Shown here piece after piece: positions 1 through 10,539 of a DNA stretch of 64,000 nucleotides. Position numbers and translations under genes: made by a program. Source of the DNA: Bdellovibrionales bacterium (GTDB taxonomy: Bacteria > Bdellovibrionota > Bdellovibrionia > Bdellovibrionales > UBA1609); assembly GCA_965205365.1 (NCBI GenBank), contig CBDBGT010000011.1, forward strand, positions 347,489-411,488. The letters are read 5' to 3'. The number at the start of each line of letters is the position of its first letter. The stretch's first letter is position 1. The notes under the pieces are model-generated. The model had not been told where the DNA came from and did not search any database. It saw nothing but the letters and a program-made list of their open reading frames with translations.

Positions 1-521
1 AAAAAAGGCACCGCTAAGGCCCGTGAAATTACTCGGGCTAGGGTTCTGCTCTTAAGTGATAGTGGAAAATCTCCTTGTCTTGTTTCTGATGCTCTTGGCC
101 CTACGAAAAAAACTATTCAAAATATTAAAGAGCGCTATCTTGAGAGTGGACTTGAGCGAGCCCTTTACGATGCCCCTAGGCCGGGACAACCCACTATATT
201 CAATGGTAAAGCAAGGGCTAAAATAACAGCATTGGCCTGTAGTGATGCCCCCAAAGGATATGCAAAATGGAACCTTCGTTTATTGGCTGATAAAGCCGTT
301 GAGCTTAATATTGTCAAAAGTATATCTCACAAACATATCAGTCGAATTTTAAAAAAAACGAAGTAAAACCTCACCTTAAAAGGCAATGGTGTTTGGGCAA
401 AATAGATGCTAAATTTATTGCTGATATGGAGAATGTACTTGATCATTACGAGAAAGAATATGATCTTAAAAATCCCTTAATATGCTTTGATGAGAGGCCC
501 TGTCAGCTTATTGAAAACATT
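1..521 (+). pseudogene. IS630-family transposase, N-terminal part (5' truncated by window edge, 3' cut by ISL3 insertion)
   Basis: Frame 1 is open over 1-366 and frame 3 over 357-521. The join at the A8 run gives the family-typical LKKNxxKPHLK(R)QWC motif. Confidence 0.65.
351..357 (+). promoter_or_regulatory. A_AAA_AAA slippery heptamer, candidate -1 frameshift site in the IS630 transposase
   Basis: Zero-frame codons are tta aaa aaa acg aag taa. A -1 slip gives ...KKNEVKPHL..., which continues the transposase. Confidence 0.4.
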
Positions 522-2003
522 GGTTCACCGTTATCTAGAAGGGTGTGATCCATGCCAACAAGCCTAAAGTCCTGAAAAAGATAAACAAGCTCCCTCCACA
601 CAATTAAAATTTGGTTACTAAATAAACTAAATTGTCGGAGGATTAAATGGAGCTATTTGAAAAGTTAATCGTAAAATCACTAGGTCTTCAAGGTGTAAAA
701 TTAGAAAACTGGGAGGCTTGTGATAAAGAGTTAAAACTAGTCCTTTACGCAAAACAAGATCGTGAAAATGTAGGCTGTAATCAATGTGGCTGCCAAATAT
801 CTCATGTCCATGAGTGGAAGCTTCGAAAAATTAAAGCTTCTCCAATAGGCTCATATGAAGAGGTGTGGATTTACTTAAAACAGCTTCGAGGGCACTGCTT
901 AATGTGTGATGATAAAGTCAGATCAGCTGGTGTTGATTTTACTCACCCTAATTTTGAAAACTTAACTTACTCACTTGTAGAAAAAGCAGGACGTCTTTGT
1001 GAAGAGATGACTTGTGAGTCAGTTGCTAGAATTTTAAGAATGAACCCCAAGACTGTGTGGAATTTGGATCAGTACCGGATGAAGCAAATAAAACCTCTTT
1101 TAAGCTATGCTGAAAGAAAGTTAGATTTAGAGCAGATGTCATCTGATGAGGTGCACTTTAGAACTATTTTTGGAAAGAAGTCTTGTGACAAGAATACGAT
1201 TAAGTTCATCACAAATTTAGTCTGTACGAAGATGAGAAAGGTGCTCTCAAATGCAATGGGCAGAAAGGGTTCAAGCTTACTTAATTGTTTAAAGGTATTA
1301 ACAAAAGAGCAGCTAGATAAGATCAAGTTTTTTGCAGTTGATATGCATGATGCTTTTATTGAGGCTGTGATAGGTAAATGTGAGAATGCTAAGGTCTGTG
1401 TTGATAGGTTCCATGTTGCAGAAGGGCTAAATAATTTTTTTGATGATGTGAGAAAATTTGAGTTTAAAAAAGCTAAAGAAAATGAAGATAAGTTTTTAAT
1501 GGATGTGCTAGCACCTCATAAAAGATATATTTTAGTGGAGCGTGAGAAGAATTTATCTAAAGGAGATTTTACTAAATTAGAGAGGCTTTTAGATGTGAAT
1601 AAGAACATTTTTAAAGCTTCAGTTTTAGTTGAGCACTTCCATAAAGTTTTAGATCAAAAGAATGTAAAAGACTTTAGAAAAGCTCTGGTTCTTTGGTACC
1701 GATATGCAAGAGAGTCAAAATTAAAGCCCTTTTTGAAATTTGCAAAAACCTTAAGAAAGTACAGAGGTTACATTGAAGGATATATTATGTCTGGGCTCAC
1801 AACAGCAGTAAGTGAAGGCTTAAACAACAAGATTAAAGTGCTTAGAAGGATGGGCTATGGTTACACAAACCCAGAGTCATTTATGCACAAAATACTGCAG
1901 CGATGTGGACTTTTAAACTCAAATTACATCAATACTTCAAGTTGGTACTGGCCACCTCAAATGAGATTGGCACAAACTACACCCTTCTAGATAACGGAGA
2001 GGC
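522..2003 (+). mobile_element. ISL3-family insertion sequence nested in the IS630 transposase gene
   Basis: Terminal IRs are ggttcaccgttatctagaagggtgt (522-546) and acacccttctagataacggagaggc (1979-2003), matching at 22/25. The flanking direct repeat is gaaaacatt (513-521 and 2004-2012). Removing the element restores ...IENI|LVPTP... in frame. Confidence 0.85.
647..1990 (+). CDS. ISL3-family transposase
   Basis: 447-aa ORF with N-terminal Cys pairs (CNQCGC, CLMCD). It has a DDE region and the ISL3-type C-terminal signature SEGLNNKIKVLRRMGYGY. The ORF ends inside the right IR. Confidence 0.85.
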   Translation: MELFEKLIVKSLGLQGVKLENWEACDKELKLVLYAKQDRENVGCNQCGCQISHVHEWKLRKIKASPIGSYEEVWIYLKQLRGHCLMCDDKVRSAGVDFTHPNFENLTYSLVEKAGRLCEEMTCESVARILRMNPKTVWNLDQYRMKQIKPLLSYAERKLDLEQMSSDEVHFRTIFGKKSCDKNTIKFITNLVCTKMRKVLSNAMGRKGSSLLNCLKVLTKEQLDKIKFFAVDMHDAFIEAVIGKCENAKVCVDRFHVAEGLNNFFDDVRKFEFKKAKENEDKFLMDVLAPHKRYILVEREKNLSKGDFTKLERLLDVNKNIFKASVLVEHFHKVLDQKNVKDFRKALVLWYRYARESKLKPFLKFAKTLRKYRGYIEGYIMSGLTTAVSEGLNNKIKVLRRMGYGYTNPESFMHKILQRCGLLNSNYINTSSWYWPPQMRLAQTTPF

Positions 2004-2540
2004 GAAAACATTTTAGTGCCTACTCCCACATCTGTAGGGAAAGAAAAAAGGGAAGACTACCACTATAAGCGTAATGGCACCTGTGTTGTTTTGTTAGCCA
2101 TGGAACCTAAAACGGGTAAAAGAATTGTTGAAGTGAGGGAGAGAAGAACAAAAAAAGATTATGCAAGATTCATTGAAAAAGTAATGAAAGAATACAAAGG
2201 TGGAGATAAGTTAACTTTGGTTCAAGATAACCTGAATACTCATAATGCCTCGTCTTTTTATGAAAATTTTTCTCCTAAAAAAGCTTTTAAAATTATGAAA
2301 AAGTTTAATATGGTTTACACTCCTAAAAAAGCGAGTTGGTTGAATATGGCGGAGATAGAATTTTCGGCGCTATCTAAACAATGTTTAGATAGGAGGATTA
2401 AAGATATGAAGACTATGACCAAAGAAGTTGAAGCATGGGGTAAGAAAAGAAATAAGGACAAAGTAAAAATTAATTGGCAATTTACCAAAGAAAAGGCTCG
2501 AAATAAATTTGAAAAGATATACAGAAATATTAAAAATTAG
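2004..2540 (+). pseudogene. IS630-family transposase, C-terminal DDE part
   Basis: YHYKRNGTC, LVQDNLNTHN and ASWLNMAEIEFS motifs; in frame with the upstream part once ISL3 is removed. Confidence 0.75.
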
Positions 2541-2567
2541 TGACACGGTGTACTAGGCTCTTAATAT

Positions 2568-3686
2568 ATGAATCACCGCTACCTTAATCATTACAATACA
2601 TTTTTAGATAATATCTATATCCACCCAGATTCCATAGACTCTAAACTTGCAAAAAAAATTCAAAGCTTTTTTCCTAATAAAATTAAACCTTATAATACTC
2701 TTAATCTAAGTAAAAATAATGGTCAAATGACTGCAGATGAGTTTAATAAGAGTAAGAAAACAGTGCTTATTAAAAAATATGAGGGCAAGTTTTTTAAACA
2801 ATGCCCTGGTAACAACCAAAGCTCTGCATGCTGCAATTATTTTGTTTTAAACCTAGGGTCTCAATGTCATTTTAATTGCTCCTATTGCTACCTTCAAAGT
2901 TTTTTAAACACTCCTTACATGGTGATTTATTCAAACATTAAAGACGCCCTTGATGAACTTTATGATATAGCTAAAAAAAACACCCACCATTCCCTTCGTG
3001 TTGGAACTGGCGAAATTATTGACAGTCTAGGCCTTGATCCTATTACAAATTATTCAGCCCAAATTATGGAATATATTAAAGACTTTCCAAACCTTTTATT
3101 AGAATTAAAAACTAAAAGTGATTTTGTTGAGCACTTACTAGACCTTCCTTACAAAAATAACACTGTAATTAGTTGGTCCATTAATCCTGAGCATATTGTA
3201 GAAACTGAAGAACACAACACTGCAAGTTTAAAAAAAAGGATTGAATCTGCAAAAAAATGCTCAAACGCAGGATATAAAATTGGCTTTCATATAGATCCTG
3301 TTATTTGGCATGAAGAATGGAAGAATAACTATGAAGAGCTAATCTATGAGATTACAGATACGTTTACACCCTTTGATGTACCATTTATTTCACTAGGAGC
3401 GTTGAGATTTCAACCTGAGCAACGACACATTATGAAAGAACGCTTTAACCGAAATTCTTATGTAAACTCAGCAGAACTCTTCCAATCAAAAGATGGAAAA
3501 CTTAGATATGATACTCAACTTAGATCTGAAATGTTTCAATACATTATTAAAACTTTTAAAAAAAATAATAAAGCGTGGAAAGTTTTTTTATGCATGGAAA
3601 GCCCTGAAACTTGGCTTTCTACTTACGGAAAGTATCCAATGAAAATAAAAGGTTTAAAAGATTTATTCTCACCCAGAGGGCATTAA
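2568..3686 (+). CDS. splB: Radical SAM enzyme, spore-photoproduct-lyase (SplB)-like DNA repair protein
   Basis: CHFNCSYCYLQ radical-SAM cluster motif; length and overall layout resemble the SP-lyase family. Confidence 0.55.
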   Translation: MNHRYLNHYNTFLDNIYIHPDSIDSKLAKKIQSFFPNKIKPYNTLNLSKNNGQMTADEFNKSKKTVLIKKYEGKFFKQCPGNNQSSACCNYFVLNLGSQCHFNCSYCYLQSFLNTPYMVIYSNIKDALDELYDIAKKNTHHSLRVGTGEIIDSLGLDPITNYSAQIMEYIKDFPNLLLELKTKSDFVEHLLDLPYKNNTVISWSINPEHIVETEEHNTASLKKRIESAKKCSNAGYKIGFHIDPVIWHEEWKNNYEELIYEITDTFTPFDVPFISLGALRFQPEQRHIMKERFNRNSYVNSAELFQSKDGKLRYDTQLRSEMFQYIIKTFKKNNKAWKVFLCMESPETWLSTYGKYPMKIKGLKDLFSPRGH

Positions 3687-3816
3687 ATTAAAAAAACTCA
3701 ACAATCACCCCTAAAGGCTGTCGTCAAAATCAGTGAAAAGTAAAACGACGTACAAAAATTTCATAATATTATGAGATGTTAAAAAAATGGCCAACAAAAG
3801 TTTTATGATGATTTTT

Positions 3817-3930
3817 TAAAGAGACTTGTTTCAAAGTCTCACGTATACCGTAAACTCTTAATTCTAATTGATTTTAATAAAGTATTGGAGCTATTTGAAA
3901 GTTTATATTCTCATACAGGTCTCATATCAA
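3817..3930 (+). pseudogene. Short remnant of an IS5/IS1182-type transposase N-terminal domain
   Basis: The translation LKRLVSKSHVYRKLLILIDFNKVLELFESLYSHTG resembles the LVPxDHxLRKIdxxIDFsFIxxLvxxxYS..GRP motif. No full ORF or ends are present. Confidence 0.3.
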
Positions 3931-4284
3931 GACTGCTCGGCTTTAAGTCTGCTCAGGCTCAACTGGGAAAATTTATATTCATTTTTATCACAGCCTCCTC
4001 TAACTTAATATTTTATAATTCTATTCTTTTTAAGTGCTTCTAAAGGTGAAAATAACTAAAGACTACGCTTTATAGATGGAACTTTAACTTCCTTCTTTTA
4101 ATTTATAAGATAATTTTGTCTCAAAAAAATACAACTAAGGGCCACGCTTTCATGAATAGAAGAAATTCCTTAATATAATTGATATAACTGTATTAATTTG
4201 AAACAATACACTAAAGTCCTAAAATTTTTATCTTTTGTATCCGAAACATATTTAATAACAGAATAAAACTTCCAGGAGAAGGTC

Positions 4285-5769
4285 ATGCTTATGTTAAGTA
4301 AGTTTTTAAACTATTATAAGAAACATTTTATTATCCTTTTATGCCTTGGCTTTTTAATTGTGCAAGTCTTAGATTCACACTGGCTACCCATAAAAGACCT
4401 AACAAAGAATAACCTTAGTCAAAAAGAAAGCCATGAACTTAACATCTTATCTTTAAGCTCCGTAGATCAAAATATTAAACGCTCTACTATTTTAAGCAAT
4501 GCTCAAACTGCAAAAAACAAAAAAAATGAAAGCGCAGTGATTATGAATGATCCTAATATGTCTGAAAAGTGGGGGTTAAAACTTACTAATTCAAAGGCAG
4601 CCTGGAATTTAACAAAAGGTAGTAAAAATACTGTTGTTGCAGTTATTGATACTGGAATTGATGTAAAACATGAAGATCTTCAAGAAAATCTCTGGGTAAA
4701 TAAAGGTGAAACTGGAAAAGACATTAACGGAAAAAATAAACAAACAAACGGTATTGATGATGATAAAAATGGATATATTGATGATACACATGGTTGGAAT
4801 TTTACTTTAAAAAACAATGATCTTACTGATAACCATGGACATGGAACACATATTTCAGGTATTTTAGGCGCTGTTGGTGGCAACGGAAAAGGTGTTAGCG
4901 GAGTATCTCCAAACGTAAGCATCATGACTCTAAAATACTATGACCCAAAATCTCCAAATCTAAACAACTTAGAAAATACTGTTAAATCTATTCACTATGC
5001 CATAGAAAACGGAGCACACATAATAAACTACTCTGGCGGCGGCCTTGACTTTAGTAAAGAAGAAAAACAAGCTATTTCAAAGGCAGAGAAAAAAGGAATT
5101 TTATTTGTTGCCGCTGCTGGTAATGAAAAATCCAATTCTGATAAAAAAAAATATTACCCTGCCGACTATGATCTAAACAATATCATTTCAGTTACAGCTT
5201 TAGACCCTAAGAAAAACATTTTACCTTCAAGTAACTATGGTGTTGTCACTGTTGATATCGGAGCCCCTGGAAAAAACATATACTCCACTCTACCACATAG
5301 TCGATATGGGTATATGACCGGTACATCTCAGGCCACAGCTTTTGTAAGTGGTGTTGCTGCATTGTTAAAAGCTCACAACCCTGATTTCAATGCTAATCAA
5401 ATAGCTAAGTACATAAAAAAAACAGGAGATGTTATTGAGTCATTAAAGGGAAAAACTCGATATCATAGAAAACTAAATTCATATAGAGCTTTAAGTATTT
5501 TAGATCAAAACGTAAGCGCCACTGGAGTTATAGCAGATAATGTCTCGAATCTACCTGACAAATCTTTTTCTGTGGATAAATTTACCTATGAAAATAACAA
5601 AAATAATAAAGTTGCCAATAAAGACTCTATAGTTGATTTTTCAACAAATCTTTTAAAAAAAATTAAAATAGCTAAACGCCAACTTAATTCTAAAAATGAA
5701 CCTCAGCCTCAAAAAAATACTAATTCCCCAATTGACGAGGTTGAAAAAACGCCTTGGCAGCAAAAGTAA
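4285..5769 (+). CDS. Secreted subtilisin-like serine protease (peptidase S8)
   Basis: Catalytic triad motifs VIDTGID, HGTHISG and GTSQATAFVSG; N-terminal hydrophobic signal/anchor; AGGAGA SD before the ATG. Confidence 0.85.
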   Translation: MLMLSKFLNYYKKHFIILLCLGFLIVQVLDSHWLPIKDLTKNNLSQKESHELNILSLSSVDQNIKRSTILSNAQTAKNKKNESAVIMNDPNMSEKWGLKLTNSKAAWNLTKGSKNTVVAVIDTGIDVKHEDLQENLWVNKGETGKDINGKNKQTNGIDDDKNGYIDDTHGWNFTLKNNDLTDNHGHGTHISGILGAVGGNGKGVSGVSPNVSIMTLKYYDPKSPNLNNLENTVKSIHYAIENGAHIINYSGGGLDFSKEEKQAISKAEKKGILFVAAAGNEKSNSDKKKYYPADYDLNNIISVTALDPKKNILPSSNYGVVTVDIGAPGKNIYSTLPHSRYGYMTGTSQATAFVSGVAALLKAHNPDFNANQIAKYIKKTGDVIESLKGKTRYHRKLNSYRALSILDQNVSATGVIADNVSNLPDKSFSVDKFTYENNKNNKVANKDSIVDFSTNLLKKIKIAKRQLNSKNEPQPQKNTNSPIDEVEKTPWQQK

Positions 5770-6478
5770 AAAATATAAGACCTAAACCTAAACCTGCTAT
5801 ATTTTTATTTTGAAACCATAAAGTTCCCATAAGAATCATTAAAATACCTACACACACTATACTTAAAATAATATAAAATGATCTTGTAAACATTTTAAAT
5901 GTTTTAACAGATTCAAAATTCATTCTAGACTCTATATTAAATTCAATTTTCTTTAAAAAACTTTGAGCTAATGCATCATTGGGATTTACGGCTATAAGTC
6001 TTCCATATTTTTCAATAGCAAACTCTAAATTCATTTTCTTTGTACAATACTCTATAAAGTTAAGGTGAACAGCTCTATTCTCATAATCTTTTAAAACCTT
6101 TGACCATTCAAATTCAAAATCTATTTTAAGATTCTTCTCTCCAAGCTCATCAAAACTAGCATTGCCATCTTTTAAAGTTTTAAAATCAAACTCTTGTTGA
6201 AGTTGATTCAATGTTGTTTTTGCATCTATAGCCTCTACTTTCACTGCTTTAGGTAGCTGAACTGTTTTTAACAAAGTTCCAATAATTTCAGACTGTTGCA
6301 AAGCTGCTGATAATGGAATTGAAAACTCTGTCTTACATTTTAAACAAGTATACTCAGGCTCTTCTACATATATTTTTGTAGGATCTGAAGAGTAAGGCTT
6401 TAAACAGTTTGGACATTTAAAATAAATACGACTTAAATCATGGTTTTCATTATTTACATAAAAATCTACATTATTCAA
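5720..6478 (-). CDS. Hypothetical membrane-anchored protein with N-terminal zinc-ribbon-like CxxC pairs
   Basis: CPNC...CLKC pairs near the N-terminus and two C-terminal hydrophobic helices; no family recognised. Confidence 0.4.
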   Translation of the reverse strand: MNNVDFYVNNENHDLSRIYFKCPNCLKPYSSDPTKIYVEEPEYTCLKCKTEFSIPLSAALQQSEIIGTLLKTVQLPKAVKVEAIDAKTTLNQLQQEFDFKTLKDGNASFDELGEKNLKIDFEFEWSKVLKDYENRAVHLNFIEYCTKKMNLEFAIEKYGRLIAVNPNDALAQSFLKKIEFNIESRMNFESVKTFKMFTRSFYIILSIVCVGILMILMGTLWFQNKNIAGLGLGLIFFTFAAKAFFQPRQLGN

Positions 6479-6515
6479 TTGGCCTCCTCTTATTTAGCTG
6501 TCAAACTATACCTAA

Positions 6516-8108
6516 ATGGTAAATACAATAAAAACACATATAAACTTTAACTCACCACTTACTCTTTCAATTTTAACAGGATTTTTTCTAGGCACAAGTA
6601 CAATTCCTTTTCCCCCATGGGCTTTGTTTTTTTGTTTAGCCCCTCTTTTTTATATTTGGATGACAGAAAGTCCTAAAAAAGTTTTTCTCTACACGACTTT
6701 AAGTTTTTTTATTGGCTCAATGATCGGCTTTTATTGGGTGGCTTATCTAATTCAAGAGTTTGCCCATCTTTCATGGCCTTTAAGCGTTTTAATATGTTTA
6801 CTTTTTGCAGTTTTTTGCCATATTCATATCTCTCTTATGGGGTTTATCTTTGCAAAATGGATTCGTCAGCTTGCAAGTCAAAAACTACTTTCAGCAGCAG
6901 CTCTTTTTGCTTTTTTATGGTCTGTATTCCCTCTCCTATTTCCCTGGAACTTTAGTCTAGGGTGGATTTATGGAGGCCTTCAAGGGTATCAGTTTGCAGA
7001 TATTATCGGTTCAGATGGAATAAGTGGCCTCACTATCTTTTTAAATGCTTTTTTTCTTTTTAGCTTTTTGAAACTTAAAACAACAAAACTTCCTATGATA
7101 GCAAACATTTCTTTCATTATTCTTTTTAATTTTGCAGGCAGCCTATATATTAAAAATCTTCCAAAACCTGACTCAATCTATAACGTAGTTATAGGTCAAG
7201 CTAATATTGGAAACCTTGAAAAACAAATCATGCTAAACCGATACAATTACAAATCAAAAATTATTGATAACTACTTTAAGGTTACACAACTGGGACTTAA
7301 TAAATCAAAAAAGAAAGCTAACTTAATTGTCTGGCCTGAAACTGCATTTCCAGAATATTATAATCACAGATTCTTTCAAACCCCTAATACTAAAAGACTT
7401 ATAAAGTTTATTAGAAAAAACAAGGTCAACCTTATTACAGGAATTTTTGCACGAACTCCTAATAACAAAACTGCCAATGCTGTCTTATTTTTAGACAAAA
7501 CAGGAGCTCCCTCCTCTACTCCCGTGTACAAAAAAATTCTTTTAGCCTTTGGCGAATATATGCCTTTTGAAAAAACATTTCCTTTTTTAAGAAAATGGTT
7601 TCCCATGGTTGGTGATTTTCAAAGAGGAAAATCACCTCAAGTTCGAAGCCTTAATGAGGTTAATATTGGTGTACAGATATGCTATGAAGGTTTGCACCCT
7701 TGGTTTAGTCGTGAACTTGTAGACAAAGGTTCTCAAATCATAATCAACCTCACAAATGATTCCTGGTACGGTCCTTATTCTGAACCCTGGCAACATATGT
7801 ACTCAAGTGCTTTTAGGGTTATTGAAAACCGTCAGCCACTTATAAGAGCTACAAACACAGGTATTTCCACTGTTATCCTCTCTGATGGAACATTTTTAGA
7901 AAAATCACCTCTTTATGCTCAATGGGGAGGCTTTTATGAAGTCCCCTATTCCTCTAAACCCAAAAAAACCATTTACCAAAAATGGGGCTATGCAATTTCT
8001 TTGCCCCTTATTATAATTCTGTTTATTATCTCACTAGCGTATAGAAAACAAGAGGGGAAAGATAAGCTTGAGACAGTCACCTCAGAAGACCCAAATAGAA
8101 ACCACTGA
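6516..8108 (+). CDS. lnt: Apolipoprotein N-acyltransferase
   Basis: Polytopic N-terminus plus a CN-hydrolase domain with the IVWPETAF and VQICYEG motifs. Confidence 0.85.
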   Translation: MVNTIKTHINFNSPLTLSILTGFFLGTSTIPFPPWALFFCLAPLFYIWMTESPKKVFLYTTLSFFIGSMIGFYWVAYLIQEFAHLSWPLSVLICLLFAVFCHIHISLMGFIFAKWIRQLASQKLLSAAALFAFLWSVFPLLFPWNFSLGWIYGGLQGYQFADIIGSDGISGLTIFLNAFFLFSFLKLKTTKLPMIANISFIILFNFAGSLYIKNLPKPDSIYNVVIGQANIGNLEKQIMLNRYNYKSKIIDNYFKVTQLGLNKSKKKANLIVWPETAFPEYYNHRFFQTPNTKRLIKFIRKNKVNLITGIFARTPNNKTANAVLFLDKTGAPSSTPVYKKILLAFGEYMPFEKTFPFLRKWFPMVGDFQRGKSPQVRSLNEVNIGVQICYEGLHPWFSRELVDKGSQIIINLTNDSWYGPYSEPWQHMYSSAFRVIENRQPLIRATNTGISTVILSDGTFLEKSPLYAQWGGFYEVPYSSKPKKTIYQKWGYAISLPLIIILFIISLAYRKQEGKDKLETVTSEDPNRNH

Positions 8109-10404
8109 TTTTGACTGGAAGATTGTTCTTAAAAAAATAGCAAGTTTCACAAGCTGCTCTCAAGCAAAAGATAAAATTCTCCAAATACAACCCTACCAAC
8201 ATATTTCCATAGCTCAAAAAAATATGGATATGATTGACTCTTTTAAACAAATCCTTTCAGGTGATGTTAACAAGATTCACCTTGATGGCATTGAAGGCCT
8301 TGAGTCCATTCTTTATTCTATTAAAAAAGGACAATCTTTAACTTCTCAAGATTTAAACTCTATAAGACTTTTTTTTGAAGATTTAAAAGCTTTAAATGAA
8401 ATCTACCCTTGGACAAAGTTTGAAAAAATTTCCTCGCTTATAAATAAAGTGATGAATTCTGATTTATTTTTAGATAAAATCTCTGCACTAATTACTGAAA
8501 ACGGAGCCTTTAGGTCTAACGCTAGCCATTTACTTTTTGAAAGTTTTAATAAGAAAAAATCTCTCTCTCAAAAAATTCATAAAACTCTAGATCAACTTGT
8601 AAAAGATTTTTCTTTAGAAAATATTTTACAGGATCGATATATTACAACTCGTGAGGGTCGATGGGTTTTACCTATAATAAGTGGAAAACAGCACGACTTT
8701 AAAGGAATCATTCATGACTCTAGTAACTCTAAACAAACTGTATATATGGAACCTGAAGCAGTTATTGGGTTAAATAACAGCATTCGTGAGCTTGAAAATA
8801 TTATAAAACAAGAGATTGATCGCCTTTTAAAAGAAATTTCTGATTTTTTGCATTTAAAATATTCTGGAATCTATAAATCTTATCTTGCTGCAATTGAAAT
8901 CGATGCATTATCTGCTTGTGCTCATTGGTCTATGCACTATTGTGCAAACCGTATAACTATTAGTAAAAATTATTTTATAAGCTTAAAGGAAGGCTTTCAT
9001 CCTCTTCTTATTGATGAGAAAATAAAGCTAACTAAAAATAATTTTGAACTTTCTGAAAAAGAAAATATTCTTCTCTTATCTGGACCCAATGCTGGAGGAA
9101 AAACAGTTTTTCTTAAATGTGTTGGCCTTGCTTGTCATATGGCAAGGTGTGGCCTTCCTGTCTGTGCCCGTGAGTCCAGTATAGTTCCTTTTTTCCAAAC
9201 TATTAAAGTTCTTATTGGAGACCATCAGTCTGTTGAAGAATCTCTTTCAACTTTTGCCGCTCATTTAAAAACCCTTGATACTTGTTCAAACCTTAAGGGC
9301 TCTAAAAACCTTGTTCTTATTGATGAAATCTGTGGCTCCACAGAAGCTGAAGAAGGCTCTGCTCTATCAAGAGCTTTTATTGAGAAAATATCAGAGAATA
9401 AAGTTAAGGGTTTTATCACATCACACTTAAGTCCCCTTAAATCTGGATGGTCTAAAAATTCTGGAGTTGTAAATGGATCTATGTACTTTGATCAAAAAAA
9501 AGGAGTTCCCACCTATGAATTTGTTAAGGGTGTTCCTGGGGATTCTTTAGCTTTAGAAACAGCAAAAAAAGCTGGAGTAAATCCTGATATTATTAATCGA
9601 GCACTTTTTTTTCTAAACCCTGATCAAAAGAAAAAATACTCAGGCCTTATGGAGATTGAATCTTTACAAGAGAGCTTAAAAGTTCAAAGAAAAGCTTATC
9701 AAGAAAAAGAAAAAGAACTTGATCAACTTAAATCTGAATACCAAGGAATGATACAAGAATTTAAACAAGAACAAGACAGCCTTCTTGAAATGACCATTAA
9801 GCGTGCTCAAGATAATCTAGATAAAAACTCAGCCTACGCAAATATACAAAGTTTTATTAAAAATAAAACCCACTTAGATAAGATGAAAAATAAGGCTCCA
9901 AAACTTATAAAAACTCTCTCTACTCTTCCTACTGTAAACATCACTGCAGAAAATTTTTCTTTAAAATTTCCACCCGGAACTCTTGTCTATATCCCTTCCT
10001 TAAAAAAGAAAGGCGTTATTCAAGGCACACCAAACTCTAAGGGCTTTGTCCCTATTATAAGTGATTCAATGAGACTTCTTATTAAATGGTCTGAAGCTAG
10101 ATCAGTAAGCTCATCTACAGAAAATACTGAGCTAGTAAAAAAAACCCCATCTATTAAAAATATACTTGAAGACAAAATTAAAAATCAAGTAGACCTAAGA
10201 GGCATGGATGTTCAAACAGCTCTTGAAGAGCTTGAAAACTCCATTGATAAGTCTCTTCGTTTAGAATCTGACGACTTAAAAGTAATTCACGGTCATGGTA
10301 CTGAAAAAATAAAAAAAAATATTCGAAGCTTTTTATCCCGCCACCCTCTTGTTAAAACCTGGAGAGCAGAGTTAAATGATGGAGCTACCTTAGCCATATT
10401 TTAA
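8068..10404 (+). CDS. mutS2: Endonuclease MutS2 (MutS family ATPase with C-terminal Smr domain)
   Basis: Walker A GPNAGGKT, LIDEICGSTE, and a C-terminal Smr domain (DLRGM...VIHGHGT). The TTG start overlaps the lnt 3' end, so the true start is uncertain. Confidence 0.85.
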   Translation: MRQSPQKTQIETTDFDWKIVLKKIASFTSCSQAKDKILQIQPYQHISIAQKNMDMIDSFKQILSGDVNKIHLDGIEGLESILYSIKKGQSLTSQDLNSIRLFFEDLKALNEIYPWTKFEKISSLINKVMNSDLFLDKISALITENGAFRSNASHLLFESFNKKKSLSQKIHKTLDQLVKDFSLENILQDRYITTREGRWVLPIISGKQHDFKGIIHDSSNSKQTVYMEPEAVIGLNNSIRELENIIKQEIDRLLKEISDFLHLKYSGIYKSYLAAIEIDALSACAHWSMHYCANRITISKNYFISLKEGFHPLLIDEKIKLTKNNFELSEKENILLLSGPNAGGKTVFLKCVGLACHMARCGLPVCARESSIVPFFQTIKVLIGDHQSVEESLSTFAAHLKTLDTCSNLKGSKNLVLIDEICGSTEAEEGSALSRAFIEKISENKVKGFITSHLSPLKSGWSKNSGVVNGSMYFDQKKGVPTYEFVKGVPGDSLALETAKKAGVNPDIINRALFFLNPDQKKKYSGLMEIESLQESLKVQRKAYQEKEKELDQLKSEYQGMIQEFKQEQDSLLEMTIKRAQDNLDKNSAYANIQSFIKNKTHLDKMKNKAPKLIKTLSTLPTVNITAENFSLKFPPGTLVYIPSLKKKGVIQGTPNSKGFVPIISDSMRLLIKWSEARSVSSSTENTELVKKTPSIKNILEDKIKNQVDLRGMDVQTALEELENSIDKSLRLESDDLKVIHGHGTEKIKKNIRSFLSRHPLVKTWRAELNDGATLAIF

Positions 10405-10539
10405 ATATTTTCATTTCTCTTAACATAAGATAAAAGTTATACTAATTAATTTTTAGAAAAACATTTTAATTTAAAAACTCTTTTATAAAATTAGCTTTAA
10501 ACTTTTTAAAGCTCTTACAATAACAAACTTAAAACTAGA

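Larger units (their letters stand above)
1..2540 (+). mobile_element. IS630-family insertion sequence (left end off-window); transposase gene split by a nested ISL3-family IS
   Basis: An HTH-like N-terminal reading frame runs from nt 1. It continues in the -1 frame after an A8 run (...ILKKNEVKPHLKRQWC...ERPCQLIENI). It resumes after the nested IS at 2004 (LVPTPT...YKRNGTC...VQDNLNTHN...ASWLNMAEIEF), a Tc1/IS630-type DDE region. The right terminus was not mapped. Confidence 0.7.

Noticed and set aside
1105-1326. Short ORFs antisense to, or out of frame within, strongly supported genes. Examples: 1105-1326, 4609-4925, 6734-6955, 7376-7606, 12644-12886, 16122-16307, 19794-20189, 26179-26379, 33551-33805, 36785-36997, 46427-46627, 48694-48900, 49358-49570, 49750-50127, 51978-52163, 52901-54252 (several), 54959-55411, 56963-57157 and 60352-60582.
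   Set aside because: Each lies entirely inside a longer ORF with clear family motifs. They have low-complexity, AT-codon-driven composition and no SD or family signal, and are typical spurious ORFs of AT-rich DNA.
3883-3902. A 14-15-nt match (ggagctatttgaaa) between the IS5-like remnant region and the ISL3 transposase start (649-665)
   Set aside because: The match is short and AT-rich, the surrounding sequence is unrelated, and it is most likely chance.
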